A stretch of DNA of 63,873 nt, filler included, from Craspedostauros australis (Eukaryota), in the NCBI GenBank assembly GCA_030167865.1. It is 10 parts of 10 records of this genome, joined end to end, with 100 filler letters (N's around TTAATTAATTAA, not from the genome) between each part and the next. Parts side by side here need not be neighbours in the genome. Positions count along the whole stretch, not along the records: positions 1 to 14,449 come from JALAGF010005357.1; positions 14,550 to 26,894 come from JALAGF010005360.1; 8 more parts are not named here. One strand, given 5' to 3'. Every line of letters starts with the position of its first letter. Position 1 is the first letter of the stretch. The notes under the pieces were generated by a model. That model had not been told where the DNA came from. It was given only the letters and a program-made list of their open reading frames with translations, and made no database searches. The translations under genes were made by a program, and so were the position numbers. Shown here in pieces: positions 10,422 through 22,800 of this stretch.

Positions 10422-13400
10422 TCATGCGTTCCGTAGCCTCTTTGTTCGTCTATCGTTCTCGAGCTCATCCACCTCCTCGTTTTCGCGTTGCTCCGACTCC
10501 CCGCCACTTTCGCTTGGTGTCTCGAGGTTGTTCACATATTCCCGGAACCAATCACATATCATCGACTCCTCGTCACTTTCGCTTGGTGTCTCGAGGTTGC
10601 TCAGATATTCCCGGAACCAATCACACATCATCCGAAGCCAATGTTGGAAGTCTTGGAATTCATTCATATCGGAACTGAGGGCGAGACGAATCGAATTATC
10701 GCAGATCTTCTCACTTCGGCTGCGACGTAGATCGAGCTTGTCCATCGATTCACTCAGCAGTGGACTCTCATCGGTGGGAAAGCCTGCGTAGAAGGACGTG
10801 CCATCGGCCGCCACTCCTTTGTACGGGCTACCAAGTCTGAGTTTCTCTTTCCTGCTTGCAACGCAGTACAACCGATTCAAGCCAAATGTGATGTCAAGGA
10901 GGCTGTGGTGAATTCTATCTCTGTTCTTGCGGATGTCCTTGTGTTCAATTGTGCTGGAATCAAAATAATCTTTGGCTTGGATGCAGACCGTGAAGAATCC
11001 CACTTCCGATTTCACGAACTTGCCCGCGCTGTCTGTGATCTTCCTTACGCCAGCAGTGGAAACGTATCCATCCGCGAGGTTGCTTGATCCCTCCGCCACA
11101 GTTGTGAGTGATGGACAGAAAATCTGTTTCGTTCGATCGAATTTTGAACTATTCTCGGCGTCCTCTAGATTGGCGCAGGCCTCCCTCGTCCTGAGAAACA
11201 CTGCTGCCAGGAACCAGTCCATGTCGAAAGTTGGTATCAGGGTCTCCCAATGTGAAGCATCGAAGCGGTAGAGTTTGTTCAATTTCGAGAACAGTACATG
11301 AGGATCGCTGGCAAAGTTTGGGCCGATTTGCCTGTTTATCAATTTGGCCCAACGGTTCAGCCCCACGCGAGTCTTCTGGGCCTCGACTCGTTTTGAAATT
11401 TCCTTTTGTTCCCACTTGACGACCTGGTCTCTGCTCATGAGATGAAAGCCGTCGGGCTTTGTTGGTATGGTAGGCTCGTTGAGGCTCATTTCAGACCGCT
11501 GGTGGTGCATTCCATCCATCGCGAGCTCAGACTCAACCGATATAGGTTTCACACCTTCCAGAGCATCCCATGCCTCTTTCACGCGGTCTGGCTTGTCAGG
11601 GACTCCCCTGGACGGTTTGAGCTTCATTTTGAGGGTATCCTTCAGGATGGATTGGATGGATTTCCTGTCGTGGTATGAGACGGTCTTGGCTGCAGTGATG
11701 GCAGCACCGATGATCTGTGTCGACAACGCCTCGTAGGCAAATGGCGTTGTTCCGAGAAAGCCAACACGACCTGTCAGCATGCTTCCACCCTCCAACAGCC
11801 ACACACAGAACAGCTGAATTGCCTCATCCACGATGAATGGCTTCTCCAGTTCCTGTTCCTCCTTGAACTTTGGATCGATTTGGTACGTTTCGTTTTTACC
11901 CACAATAATGTGGTCGAAGATCTTGAAAGGCTCGGGTGTCACCAGTCCGTACTCCGTGACGAGATCGTTCATGATGTTGATGTCCTTGTCTCCGAACTTC
12001 TCGAAGTTGATTCCATAGTCGAGGTCTCTCGCGTGCTTCTTTGCTGTGTCGATGTCCAAGGGCACAACGAATTCTGTTTGATACAGTAGAATCGCAAGTG
12101 CCCGTGCCACTGCCAGAGCTCGTTTGATGCCAAGTTTTTTAAAATCCCGATCATGCCACAGCTTCTTCAAGCCATTGCTTCTCGCGAATCTATCAAACAC
12201 CAAAGACACCAACCTCATCTCATCGTTCGGGTTGAACTCCAACACCGACTCTGCCAGCTGGTTGACCAAGATCGAGGCCATCCTCGCATTGTGTGATGCG
12301 ATGATGCTCAGGAATGGCGTCTTCATCATGTCCTCGTAGGTGGGAAGCTTGCCGCTTTTCCCGTCATCTCCGTCGTATTCCTTGCAAAGGGCTTCGTACA
12401 CTTCCTTAGGATCTTTTTTGGCGCTGGATTCAAGACAGACGAAGTTGTCGCCTTGAGAACCGACAGCCCCACCGTACATCCCGGTACCTGCGATAGAGAA
12501 GACCACCTCGATGTTACAGTCGCCGTGGAGCCTTGGGAGCCCGCCATCGTCGTCTTTGGGTGTTCCTATCGGGCTTCCAGTGGCCTTGTTCATGATGTAG
12601 TAACCGAGGTCTCTTCCAAGGACATAAAAGTTTCGAATGATCTCTTTGGAAAGACTGGAACACCTTGCTGCTTCATCGATGGCAAACACGATCCGAATCC
12701 TGTCGTCGTTCACCTCCAGGTGTGCATCGCTTCCAGTCGTGGCGCCTTCCCCGTCGCTCAGGCGTTGCTTCTTCGCATCGAGTGTACGCAACCGCTGCTT
12801 CACCGTGTTTGCGATCGTTGATAGCACTTCGCCGTCGTTTTTTAAGTAAGTATCCACCCACGTCTTCAAGAGAGTTCGGCACTGACTCGTTCGATCTCCG
12901 TTTGGATCCGCCGTCGCTATGTCACCGTCTGCTTCATGCATCAGAGTGATGACAGCACCCCTTGACTCTGCACTTGTGGCCAGCTCGACTGTCTTGCCTG
13001 TACCGCTGCCGGAGAAGAAGACACGGACGACGTTGGTGTGTTTTTTTTTGTTAAATGCGGTGATATGAACTCTTGGGGGGATTCCATTTTCTCTGCCCCT
13101 GTGTCGGAAGTTGCATTCGCCGATGTAGTATGCTGCTCTGTTATTGTCACACTCAATTGGGCGAAGAGAGTTCGTTGCAGGGTCGCGTCGAGCATCGTAG
13201 AGCTTCATCAGGCCAATCCGCACCGATTCGCGGAGATCCTTGCTTGGGTCATCAAATCCACCGAGACCCTTGATCGAGTTCCATGCACATTTTGCGTTGT
13301 TTATATTGCCACCGTTGTAGAGCCATTGGGCCAAAACGTTGTCTTGTTCATACAAGAGAGCCATCTGGCTGAACGAACGAACGTCCCCCTCCATTTTGCC

Positions 13401-13718
13401 CTTTTTTTTCACTTCATCGATGATCAGCTTTCGGAAGGTCATAATTCTTTTGAGCCAATCAACCTCCCTTGGGCTGTTCTCGTTGTTGGTCATTTCCATG
13501 CTCTGCGTTGTGGCGCTTTCGTCACGCTCCGGAAAGGTCTTCCGCAAGGCCTCCAGCAAGGTCTTCAGGATCTTCCTGATGCGTTCGTCGTCATCCTTGA
13601 GGGTCCAGAAGAGATACTCCTTGAAGGCAGGATCGCAGATCGTCTCAGCGAGCTGCGCGTTACCACCAGTATCTCCGGCTTCACCGCCAACTGCAGCCAT
13701 ATCGAAGCCAAGGCACAA
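10422..13718 (-). CDS. P-loop NTPase + C-terminal PD-(D/E/Q)xK nuclease-like protein, Crinkler/RHS (CR)-type, 1098 aa
   Basis: Walker A FFSGSGTGKT, Walker B IVFAIDEA, SIAGTG, HNARMA. The C-terminal half has AYEAL...NLADGY...CIQAKDY. Uninterrupted 3.3 kb ORF. Confidence 0.72.
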   Translation of the reverse strand: MCLGFDMAAVGGEAGDTGGNAQLAETICDPAFKEYLFWTLKDDDERIRKILKTLLEALRKTFPERDESATTQSMEMTNNENSPREVDWLKRIMTFRKLIIDEVKKKGKMEGDVRSFSQMALLYEQDNVLAQWLYNGGNINNAKCAWNSIKGLGGFDDPSKDLRESVRIGLMKLYDARRDPATNSLRPIECDNNRAAYYIGECNFRHRGRENGIPPRVHITAFNKKKHTNVVRVFFSGSGTGKTVELATSAESRGAVITLMHEADGDIATADPNGDRTSQCRTLLKTWVDTYLKNDGEVLSTIANTVKQRLRTLDAKKQRLSDGEGATTGSDAHLEVNDDRIRIVFAIDEAARCSSLSKEIIRNFYVLGRDLGYYIMNKATGSPIGTPKDDDGGLPRLHGDCNIEVVFSIAGTGMYGGAVGSQGDNFVCLESSAKKDPKEVYEALCKEYDGDDGKSGKLPTYEDMMKTPFLSIIASHNARMASILVNQLAESVLEFNPNDEMRLVSLVFDRFARSNGLKKLWHDRDFKKLGIKRALAVARALAILLYQTEFVVPLDIDTAKKHARDLDYGINFEKFGDKDINIMNDLVTEYGLVTPEPFKIFDHIIVGKNETYQIDPKFKEEQELEKPFIVDEAIQLFCVWLLEGGSMLTGRVGFLGTTPFAYEALSTQIIGAAITAAKTVSYHDRKSIQSILKDTLKMKLKPSRGVPDKPDRVKEAWDALEGVKPISVESELAMDGMHHQRSEMSLNEPTIPTKPDGFHLMSRDQVVKWEQKEISKRVEAQKTRVGLNRWAKLINRQIGPNFASDPHVLFSKLNKLYRFDASHWETLIPTFDMDWFLAAVFLRTREACANLEDAENSSKFDRTKQIFCPSLTTVAEGSSNLADGYVSTAGVRKITDSAGKFVKSEVGFFTVCIQAKDYFDSSTIEHKDIRKNRDRIHHSLLDITFGLNRLYCVASRKEKLRLGSPYKGVAADGTSFYAGFPTDESPLLSESMDKLDLRRSRSEKICDNSIRLALSSDMNEFQDFQHWLRMMCDWFREYLSNLETPSESDEESMICDWFREYVNNLETPSESGGESEQRENEEVDELENDRRTKRLRNA
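10494..10631. repeat. 69-bp tandem duplication (2 copies) encoding CDWFREY.NLETPSES
   Basis: cgactcc...cactttcgcttggtgtctcgaggttg...cccggaaccaatcaca occurs twice, 69 nt apart. Confidence 0.95.
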
Positions 13719-14493
13719 GTGTTGATTCTTGGCTTTGGGGTGAGTGTAAACGCTAGCTTGACGTACCGCTCCAATCTGGTTACTTGAGAGGTGCTGCTGT
13801 GGGCTGAAGATTGGGAAGGGCAGAGATGGTGTGGATGCTCAGGTTGCTGTCCGAAGTGAAGTGTCGTTGATGGTGATGGTGGTGTCGTTTTCAGCGCTTT
13901 GTACGTTCGGATGGTTTGGCAAAGCAGATCGATGATCGGGTTGTGTGTTATGATGCTGTTGCAAGCCATTCAAATGGAGGTCCTCTGCTGTTGTGGCGTG
14001 CAAGATCACTGCAACGTGGCGGCCTTCGTTCTGACGCTTTCGTTGTGATTCGGAAACGTTGACACCCGAATTCTGCTTACGTGGTTTGGCGGATTGACGA
14101 CGACACGTTTGACAAAGCTCTGGGGAACACGGTAATTTGTCCACTCACGACTCCACGAGCTCGTGATTGAGCTGAATCGAGTCGTGCTTTATGACGTAGT
14201 TCCCGNNNNNNNNNNNNNNNNNNNNNNNNNNNNNNNNNNNNNNNNNNNNNNNNNNNNNNNNNNNNNNNNNNNNNNNNNNNNNNNNNNNNNNNNNNNNNNN
14301 NNNNNNNNNNNNNNNNNNTTTCGTGTCGTTTGGCGAACGGGCGTGATGCCGAAAACAAGCTTCAGAGTACTGCGACATGTTACATTGTGTCAATTCGGAC
14401 AAATGTGTTCTTCATTTTTGGACAAGTCACGATTTCGTGTCGCATACACNNNNNNNNNNNNNNNNNNNNNNNNNNNNNNNNNNNNNNNNNNNN

Positions 14494-14505
14494 TTAATTA
14501 ATTAA
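14494..14505. other. Artificial scaffold linker TTAATTAATTAA (also 26939, 28309, 34498, 41536, 42862, 46497, 48745, 50436)
   Basis: The same 12-mer, a stop in all six frames, is padded by ~44 N on each side, nine times. Confidence 0.97.
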
Positions 14506-14549
14506 NNNNNNNNNNNNNNNNNNNNNNNNNNNNNNNNNNNNNNNNNNNN

Positions 14550-14601
<52 letters not shown>

Positions 14602-15632
14602 CACACGGTACAACCAGCCACAACACGCAACAACACGTGAGACCGTGATGCAAGAGTCAACACACCATGAACCAACGATATAACACGAAACAGCGTCCCC
14701 ACCACCAAACGATCTGCACAGGAGTGCAATAATCATGCTTCAACACGGTTTCCACACAGATCAGTCTACGGCGGTGGAATCTAGATTTACTGAAAGTATG
14801 ACAAACTTCCAGTTTTGTTAAACCCTAACCCTCGCTAGAGGGTCCACAGGTGCGACTAATCAAACCCTAATGTACGAGGATTTAACACGGTGACGTACGA
14901 CGGCCAGACCGAAGTTTGGGTCGATTGACGGACGACGTACAGACGTTTGTATGGGCACACAATACACACGGTCGAAGGACGGACGTTTTTGTATGGAAAA
15001 TGTCGATGATCCGCAACTCCCCGAAAGTGCGGACGAATGTTCATCATCCGCAACTCCCAAACAACACGAGATACTACGAGCTACGCGATACACCGTGTTA
15101 AACATGTACAGCACGCTACACCACGATGAACACATGTTCACGTACATCTATGTGTACACAGACATGCAGCGTGTCCATATGTACACATCAATACTTCTAC
15201 CATCGTCAACGGACCTCGACAACCTGAGATATTGATGATCCAAGTACTCAACATCAACCAGTACTTGCAATGCACAGTGTCATGTACATGCAAGCACACA
15301 CACGTGTTCACCATGACCATACGCACATGTGACAACAAGAACCACACTCTGAATCAACTTGGTGATGGAGATAGTGATGCATGAGTACCACCCAAACAAC
15401 ATGTGATAACACGTGCAACCACGTTAATGTAAGATGAACATCGTCAATGGCGGATGAACATTGTCAATGGCAAATGAACTATCTGTCAACATCAAATGAA
15501 CTATTGTTAACACATTCCAACTACTGGAGGATGGCANNNNNNNNNNNNNNNNNNNNNNNNNNNNNNNNNNNNNNNNNNNNNNNNNNNNNNNNNNNNNNNN
15601 NNNNNNNNNNNNNNNNNNNNNNNNNNNNNNNG

Positions 15633-15696
<64 letters not shown>

Positions 15697-15730
15697 GCCA
15701 CATGGTACAACCAGCCACAACACACACGAT
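14550..15730 (+). repeat. Left copy of complex direct repeat flanking the LINE, with (CA)n tracts and AAACCCTAA motifs
   Basis: 14810-15536 aligns to 25366-26345 (for example caaaccctaatgtacgaggatttaacacggtgacgtacga in both). (CA)n-tgccacacggtacaaccagccacaaca recurs at ~14595, 15690, 26435, 26760. Confidence 0.92.
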
Positions 15731-15931
15731 AACACAGTATGCCACATGTGACTATGACACTGCACACCATGACACATTGTATCTCACAATAATGTGGGAT
15801 ACAGCATGCTCAACAGTGTTGACATGACAGTGCATGGATACAGATGAGCTGCTGTCAACACTAGTCTTCGATTGCGTTGAAATGTTACTTTCTGAAATAA
15901 CACGGAGTTGCAATTAAGCTTACAGGTTACT

Positions 15932-16218
15932 GTAAACCCTAACCCCTAACCCTAGCCCTTGATACAAATTCGTCACACAGCAACACCCTAACACCCTAGC
16001 CCTTGATACAAGTTCATAACACCCTGACCCTTGTCATCACTCACCAAACAACACACATTGGCTGATTTCTATTCCTATACCCTAACCCCATACCCTAACC
16101 CCAACCAACCAACTAACTTTGGCATGTATTGCCCAAACTAACCTTTGATACAAATTCATCACCCATTAACACCCTAGCACCCTAACCCTTGCCACAACTC
16201 ACACCCTAACACCCTAAC
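15932..16218 (+). repeat. Degenerate telomere-like (CCCTAA/CCCTAG)n cluster
   Basis: taaaccctaacccctaaccctagccc, accctaaccccataccctaaccccaacc, accctaacaccctaac. More than a dozen CCCTAA-like units, all on +. Confidence 0.85.
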
Positions 16219-16382
16219 ATGTGGTGAACAGCTATTACCATCAGTCACCACACACAATACCAGAACCCGAAAAAACGAAACACACGATAACACTAGAAAA
16301 ACACAAAAAAGAAGCACATCAACAAAGATCAGTACTCAAACTACAGCGAATTCTACGTAACTCGAAAGATACCAACCTGACC

Positions 16383-18850
16383 ATGAAGGCAACCAAACAT
16401 GTTCGAATCGCAGATGACAAAGCCGACGACGTTGTAATGATGGATGAACAAGGACCAGCTGTACAGACAGCAGCTCCAAAGCCGCCTCCCAAGCCAAATC
16501 TGAGAGCAATCGAAGAAGAGGCGATGGAGAAACAGGGAGAAATAGCGACAACATGGAAAGACCCGAACACCGCGCGCTGGAAGAAGCTTCATGACACAAT
16601 CATCCAACAAGCCAAAGCCTTCCAGCCAGAAGAGATGTGCGGAGAAGAGGACAGAGCCTTGCACAACCAGACGAAGAAGACTCTAATCATGAAAGCGAGG
16701 TGGGAGAAAAGCGACACGTCAATGGTGTCAGCGTACATGCCCACAATCAGCGAGATGACAGCCTTTTTCCAGACGGTGATGGATGGGCGCACAACCAAGC
16801 TGGGGAAAACAAAAGTGAATTCTGATGATCCTGCGCGAGTCTCCATCAAACAACTCGTGGCAGACTTGTCTCTCACCAATCCCAGCCGATGCTTTGCAGA
16901 CGCTCTCAAGTTTGATAACAAGACAATGTCAGCTAATCAGATGACTGTACTATGGGCAGCGGCAACAAACTACATGGGCTGCGAATACATGGAAGAGCAT
17001 GCGCCACCAGAAGTTGACTCCGACAACGAGAAGATGAAAGTGGACAGCGACGACGAAAGCTACGATCTGGAGACACTCATGACAAAGAAAGAAACCCTTG
17101 AAACAAGCCAACCTGACAGCGTACACGACAGCAACGAAGATCATGTCACCAGATCCTCGCAATGCAGCTGGCAAACTCAAAGCGGCAAGAGCTCCAAAGG
17201 AAAAAGAGAGACAAGCAGATGACAATGACGCAGCCAGCAAAGGATGGACACTGCTACAAAAGAAAGACAAGCAGCAGATGTCCGCTCCCAGGCGACGCTA
17301 TTACGAGCGCTTCGAGATGAGAATGAAGATCCCGAAAGGCTCGAAAACTCCAGTCCGAGATTTCCAGGAAAGATTCCGGCTATGGTACGAAGAGGCTCTA
17401 AGCATGGACAAAAGCTTGATCATCAGCCCCTGGTACAAGAAGAACAAGGCCAAAGGCTGCATCGTCACAGCAGACGACATACCAGCAGCATGGAAGGATC
17501 TGCGATACTTCGTCAGGAAAGCAAACCCAACATCCAAGAGCGAAGACGTGTACCTCCAAGTGCTCCTGTCCTCAAATATGGACATGCAAATGTTCACCAG
17601 CTGGAACACAGAGCTCGAAGGAGCGTACGGCGAGGGTGAATACTCGTACATGTACATCCAAGATCTGAAAGACGCAGAACACACCACCAAGATCGGATTC
17701 ATGGCGTACTCTGGAAACTTCACCAAGGCGAAGCAAACCCTGTCAATCATCAACCAACCAACCAACCAACCAACCAACCAACTGTTGGAAGGCAAGAGAG
17801 CGAAACTCAAAGTCGGTGGCCGAGTGAAATACATGGGCAAGGTGTCAGAGGACGTGAAGGAGCAGCATCTTCAGCTCGGAGGCAGCTGGTACAACGCTCC
17901 GTGGATGGCCCTACATCTTCATGCAGACGTCAAAGACGCCCGCAGGGCCTCCAAATTGCTCGGCAAGATCTTCAACACCAAGGACGGAGACAGAGGTGGA
18001 CTCAATTACCGGTACGTTCCAAAACCCGGAACATCAGTGATGGGGGCAAAGACGGCCGCGAAGGTGCAGGCAATGACAAGGAAACACCAAAGCTACGTCC
18101 GCCGGCTCAAGTACGAGCAGCTCAAGGGCGACTTCGCACTGGATGTCAAAGATCCGGAGACCCAAACCATCACACTTCGAGAGTTTCTCGCCAACCAAAC
18201 CATCGACGGGTGCCCGATGATTCATGACGTCAGCACAACACACATGTCAGACGGCAGACGGCAAGGAAGACGCAATTCACAAAGTCGCCTTCGAAGAGCG
18301 CCACGCGCAGGCTGTCAGCCTGATCCACACCATCGGGATCAGATGCTCCTCCGAGATCAACGAGTCCACCAACAAGTGGTTCTCCAAGGACATCGTCGCC
18401 ATGAGCAGCAACATGATCAAGGCTACCAATGGAGAGTACGTGGACGTCGAGACAGAAGAGGAGATGGACTTTCTCCTGGATGAAGGGTTCGGAAACGTAG
18501 TCATTGAAGGCATCAACAACATCATGGAAAGAGACAATGAAGCGCCAAAACGAAAGAAGGCAAGACTGGAAGATGAAAGCTTCAAGACCTTTGGAACGGA
18601 GTACGGGAAATCTGCGGCATCGTCCAGATACACAATCCCGGAGTCACAAACAGCAGTAGACGAAAGAGAGGCGATCGAAGCAGAGCTTGAAGAAGCAATG
18701 CGAATGGCGAGAGAAGCTCAAGAACTGGAGGCCAGCCGTGTTTGAGTGCAAGAACAAAAGAGCACCATAGCTAGCCAGGAAACAATCATCGCGGCACTGC
18801 GCGCCCAGCTACCTGCCTCAAGCAAGGGTGGGAGCGAGGGCCAAGAATAA
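16383..18850 (+). pseudogene. LINE ORF1 (frameshifted pieces 16221-17222, 17098-18483, 18224-18745, ending in a coiled coil at 18850)
   Basis: Overlapping A-rich ORFs directly upstream of APE. One in-frame TGA at 18743. Confidence 0.7.
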
Positions 18851-18949
18851 GGCAAGGCTGGGGGCAGGCGAAGCATTGTCGACCACCCCCGCAAGCCTAA
18901 CGGATGCAACCCCGGAGGAAAGGCGCCAGGAAGGGCCAGACCTCCTCGA

Positions 18950-19800
18950 CCGGCACTGGGGGGATTCCACGCGCACCAAGGGCGGCACTTTATTACGCAT
19001 CGCTGCCCTGAACGTGGGATGCCTACAGACCTGCTCGAACCACTGGAAGAACGATGGTCTCTGGCAATGGGTCAAACGACTACGAATCGACATTGCACTC
19101 CTATCAGAAATAGGCATCAACTGGTCGAAGATCGGTCGCATGAACTCATGGAAGACGAGATCCAAGAAACATGTGCACATGGAACGACACTCCTTGTCGT
19201 ACAATGAAAGAGAGAAGATGGGAGGACCAAGACAATGGGGAGGAACCGCATGCACGATGACAGGGAATGTCACAGGCAGATACAAAAGTAGGGACAACGA
19301 CCCGGAGAAGATGGGACGATGGGCAAGCATGGCGGTGAGAGGAAGACAAGACACAACGATTCGGTTCGTCAGCATCTACATTCCCAACAAGGGAGGTCAA
19401 AGTGCCGGGACAGTCTACAGTCTACAGTCTACAATCAACAAGCATCATGGCTGGAGTCACAAGGCAACAACACATCACCCATTGCACAGTTGATTCAAGA
19501 TTTGGAAGCGTCCATGCAACAGTGGAGGGATGCCAGAGAGACTGTGATAGTCGGAGGTGACATCAACATGCCAGTGGAGCGATCCCAAATGGCAGATATG
19601 ATGGCTCGCCAGCGAATGAAGGAGGAAGCCATCCTCAGCCACCACCCCCGCAGCTCCAGGGCTCTCAACCAATATACGAGCCAACTCGAATAGAGTCATT
19701 GATGGCATGTGGGTTCCAGAGTCGCTTCAAGTGGTGCGGTCAGGATACAGCCAATTCGGACCTTGGGATCATCGGACGGCATGGATTGAGATTACGCAAG
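18950..19800 (+). pseudogene. LINE apurinic-like endonuclease (APE)
   Basis: WGD...RIAALNVG, DIALLSEIG.NW, GGTA, MGRW, RFVSIYIP, IVGGDIN, IDGMW, WDHR. Frameshifts at ~19420 (gtctaca x3) and ~19670. Confidence 0.9.
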
Positions 19801-22800
19801 AGTCAGTGTTTGGAACAGTCAGCAAGCCCACCCAAAAATTCGAAGGGCAACAGGTCCATCTCAACCGACCAGTGACAGTTCGACGATACCAAGCTGAAGT
19901 CCTGAAGCAATACAAACGCAAGAACGTGATTCAGAGGGTAGGCCAGCTGCGAACAGAGGTGGGAACGTCAAAAACACTCACGCAGGACCAGATCGAGGCA
20001 ATGGAAGCCATCGACGCAGACAGAGCACGGATCATGCTGACAGCGGAAAAAGGGGCCCGGAAAATATACACAGGCAAGGTTCCATTCTCTCCAATGATAA
20101 AGCAGAAAGCCATGGAGAAACAGTTCTGGAACCTGGCATGGAAACGTCGGGAAGGTAAAAAGGTGAGCTCCAGATGGTATGACCGAGCGAAGAAGCAAGC
20201 TGGAATAACGACCCGCACCGCCACCCTCAGCAGGGAGGACTTGGATGAGAAGCGGCGAAGAGCACATAAGAAATGGAAGCTCGCCAAGAAAGATGCACAG
20301 AAGCACTGTGCAACATTCCTACAGTCTCGGGCAGAAGAAGTGGCCAGAGCAGGCAACACCACCGCCAAAGCAGAAGCAGCTCTCACATCCATCCAAAAGC
20401 GAGAAGAAGTGATGGAGACGTTCAAGGCTATCCGGCAAGTAATCGGGGACTACGATGCGAACAGCAAAGTCACAATGGTCATTGCGAACAACGAGGACGG
20501 GGAAGAAGAAGTGTATGACAGAGAACAGACGGTCATCACTCAATGCATCAAAGCTAACGAGGCCAAATACAGACAAGCCTACGTGACCCCCCTGCAACAC
20601 GCAGCTTTTGCGAGAGATGTGCGAAGGATGAGTCTGTCAGCCACCCGGCGAAGGCATGAACGCAAACTTGGCAGCTACGACCACCAGTTGCTCGACGAGC
20701 TCGGCAAGACGGACGCCGTACCATGGAAAGAGGAGGATCTCCGTATCACCACGGCCAGCCATCAACAGCTGTGGTCCAAGGCACGCGAAAAGACTACGTC
20801 TGGGCCATCAGGGCTGCATTTCGGTCTCTGGAAAGCGAATGCTAAATGCGACGACCTTGCCAAGGTTGATGCGACCATGAGAGAGATATCGCTTCGAACG
20901 GGTTACAACCTGTCCAGATGGCTGGTATGCACTGACGTAACGCTTCTAAAGGAGCCAGGAAACTTCCGAGTTTCCAGATTCCGCACCATCAGCCTCGTGG
21001 AAGGCGACTTTAACGCGAACCTCAAGTGGATTGGCAAAATCATGATGAAGCACGCAGAGGATCATCGAATGCTGCCGGACGAGCAATACGGGAGCAGGAA
21101 ACAGCGCAGTGCGGCAGAAGTCAGCCTCAACAACAGAATGACAGACGACGTTATCAGAATCACAGAGGCTACCAGCTGCATATGCTCAAACAACGCAAAA
21201 AGCTGCTACGACCGGATGGCGCACGTCCCACTGGAGCTCAGTATGCAACGAATCGGAGTGCCCAAAACGGTGGGGAGAAGCGTGACGACCGCTATCCAAG
21301 CGATGAAGCACCACGTGCTGACGGGTTTCGGGAAATCTACGCGCACATACCCCCATCGAGGCTCTAAGCTGCAGGGTCTTCTCCAAGGTCTTGGCATATC
21401 GCCTGCAGGATGGGTTGCAATGAGCTCGCCAATTGTGGCTGCAATGTCTGAGAAAGGGTACGGGTTCACATCGATCAGTCCAACCAAGCAAGTAACAACC
21501 AAGCTGGTGTGCTTCTCGTTCGTGGACGACACGGACCTTATCCACTCCGTCAGGACGGATGCAAGTGACAAGGAAGGATGTGTTGAAGAAATCCAGCAAG
21601 TGGTCGACGCGTGGGAAGGCATGCTACGAGCTACGGGCGGAGCACTGGAGCCAAGGAAAAGCTACTGGTACTTGATGTCGTTCAAGTGGGAAGGTACCCG
21701 GTGGAGATACAAGACTATAGAGGAGCAGCCAGGGAACATCAGCATCCGCCAACCGGATAGCCAGGAACGGTCCACGCTGCTCCGGCTTCGGGTGGATCAA
21801 GCAAGGAAAGCCCTGGGTGTCATAGTGCGCCACGATGGAAACCAGAAAGACAACGAGTTGTACTACACGAACAAAGCTGAGAAATGGGCAGCCAAAATGC
21901 GAAGAGGGCGAATGCTGAGGACCCACGCGTGGATTGCGATGAAGTCTACAATATGGAAAACTCTGGAATATCCGTTGGCCAGCTCGACATTCACAAAGGC
22001 GGCGACCAAGAGAATCATGCGTCCCGTCCTAGCGGCAGCACTGCCAGCAGCTGGGATACAGCGAAACGTATCCAGGAAGTTGGTGTTCGGGCTGCACGAA
22101 GGGATGGGGCTTGGAGTGCACCATCTCTACTACGTACAAGTCACAAGGCACCTCGAGCAGCTGGCACGTCACTGGCAACGGCCAACCCTGACAGGGAAAT
22201 TGATGCGCACGCAGGTCGAACTCCTGACGCTGCAAGTTGGTGTCCCAGACGTATTCTGCCGCGACCCGGCGAAGTGGAGTTATCTGGCTGAAGATTCGTG
22301 GATGAAGTCGGTGTGGATAGAGACGCGCGAGGTGGGCATCACAGTGCGGTGGGAGAACGGGATACTGCACGCCCCTCGACAACACGACGCGCCAATCATG
22401 GAGCGCGTCCAAGCCTTCGCATTCGATCCGCAGCAGCAGCGAGTCATCAACCTGTGCAGAATAGCCAAGAAAGTGCTCTGGCTATCGGATATCGTCTCTG
22501 CCGACGGGGCACAACTTCTCTCGTCAGCGCTGAGTCCAGGGGATACTCCTTTGCGGTCCACATGCCTCCGTTGGCCACCAGTTGGTGAGCTTGGGCCGAC
22601 GAGTTGGCGACTGTGGAGCCAAGCCATTCGACGAATATTTCAACCCACAAGAACAGGTACAGCGCGTCTGGCGCAACCTCTCGGGCGTTGGAAGGGGTTT
22701 ACGTCGCAGCAGCCACTCGTCTTCTGGGATCCTGACAGCGACAGACTTCACGACTTGCAGCAGCCACGTCAAGGCTACATCAGAGTGCCGCGAAGAGGAC

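Noticed and set aside
15000..15050. Hammerhead ribozyme-like tcgatga-tccgc...gcgga-cgaat in the LINE flank (also ~25695)
   Set aside because: A hairpin is present, but the core deviates from CUGANGA...GAAA in both copies and I find no stems I/III.
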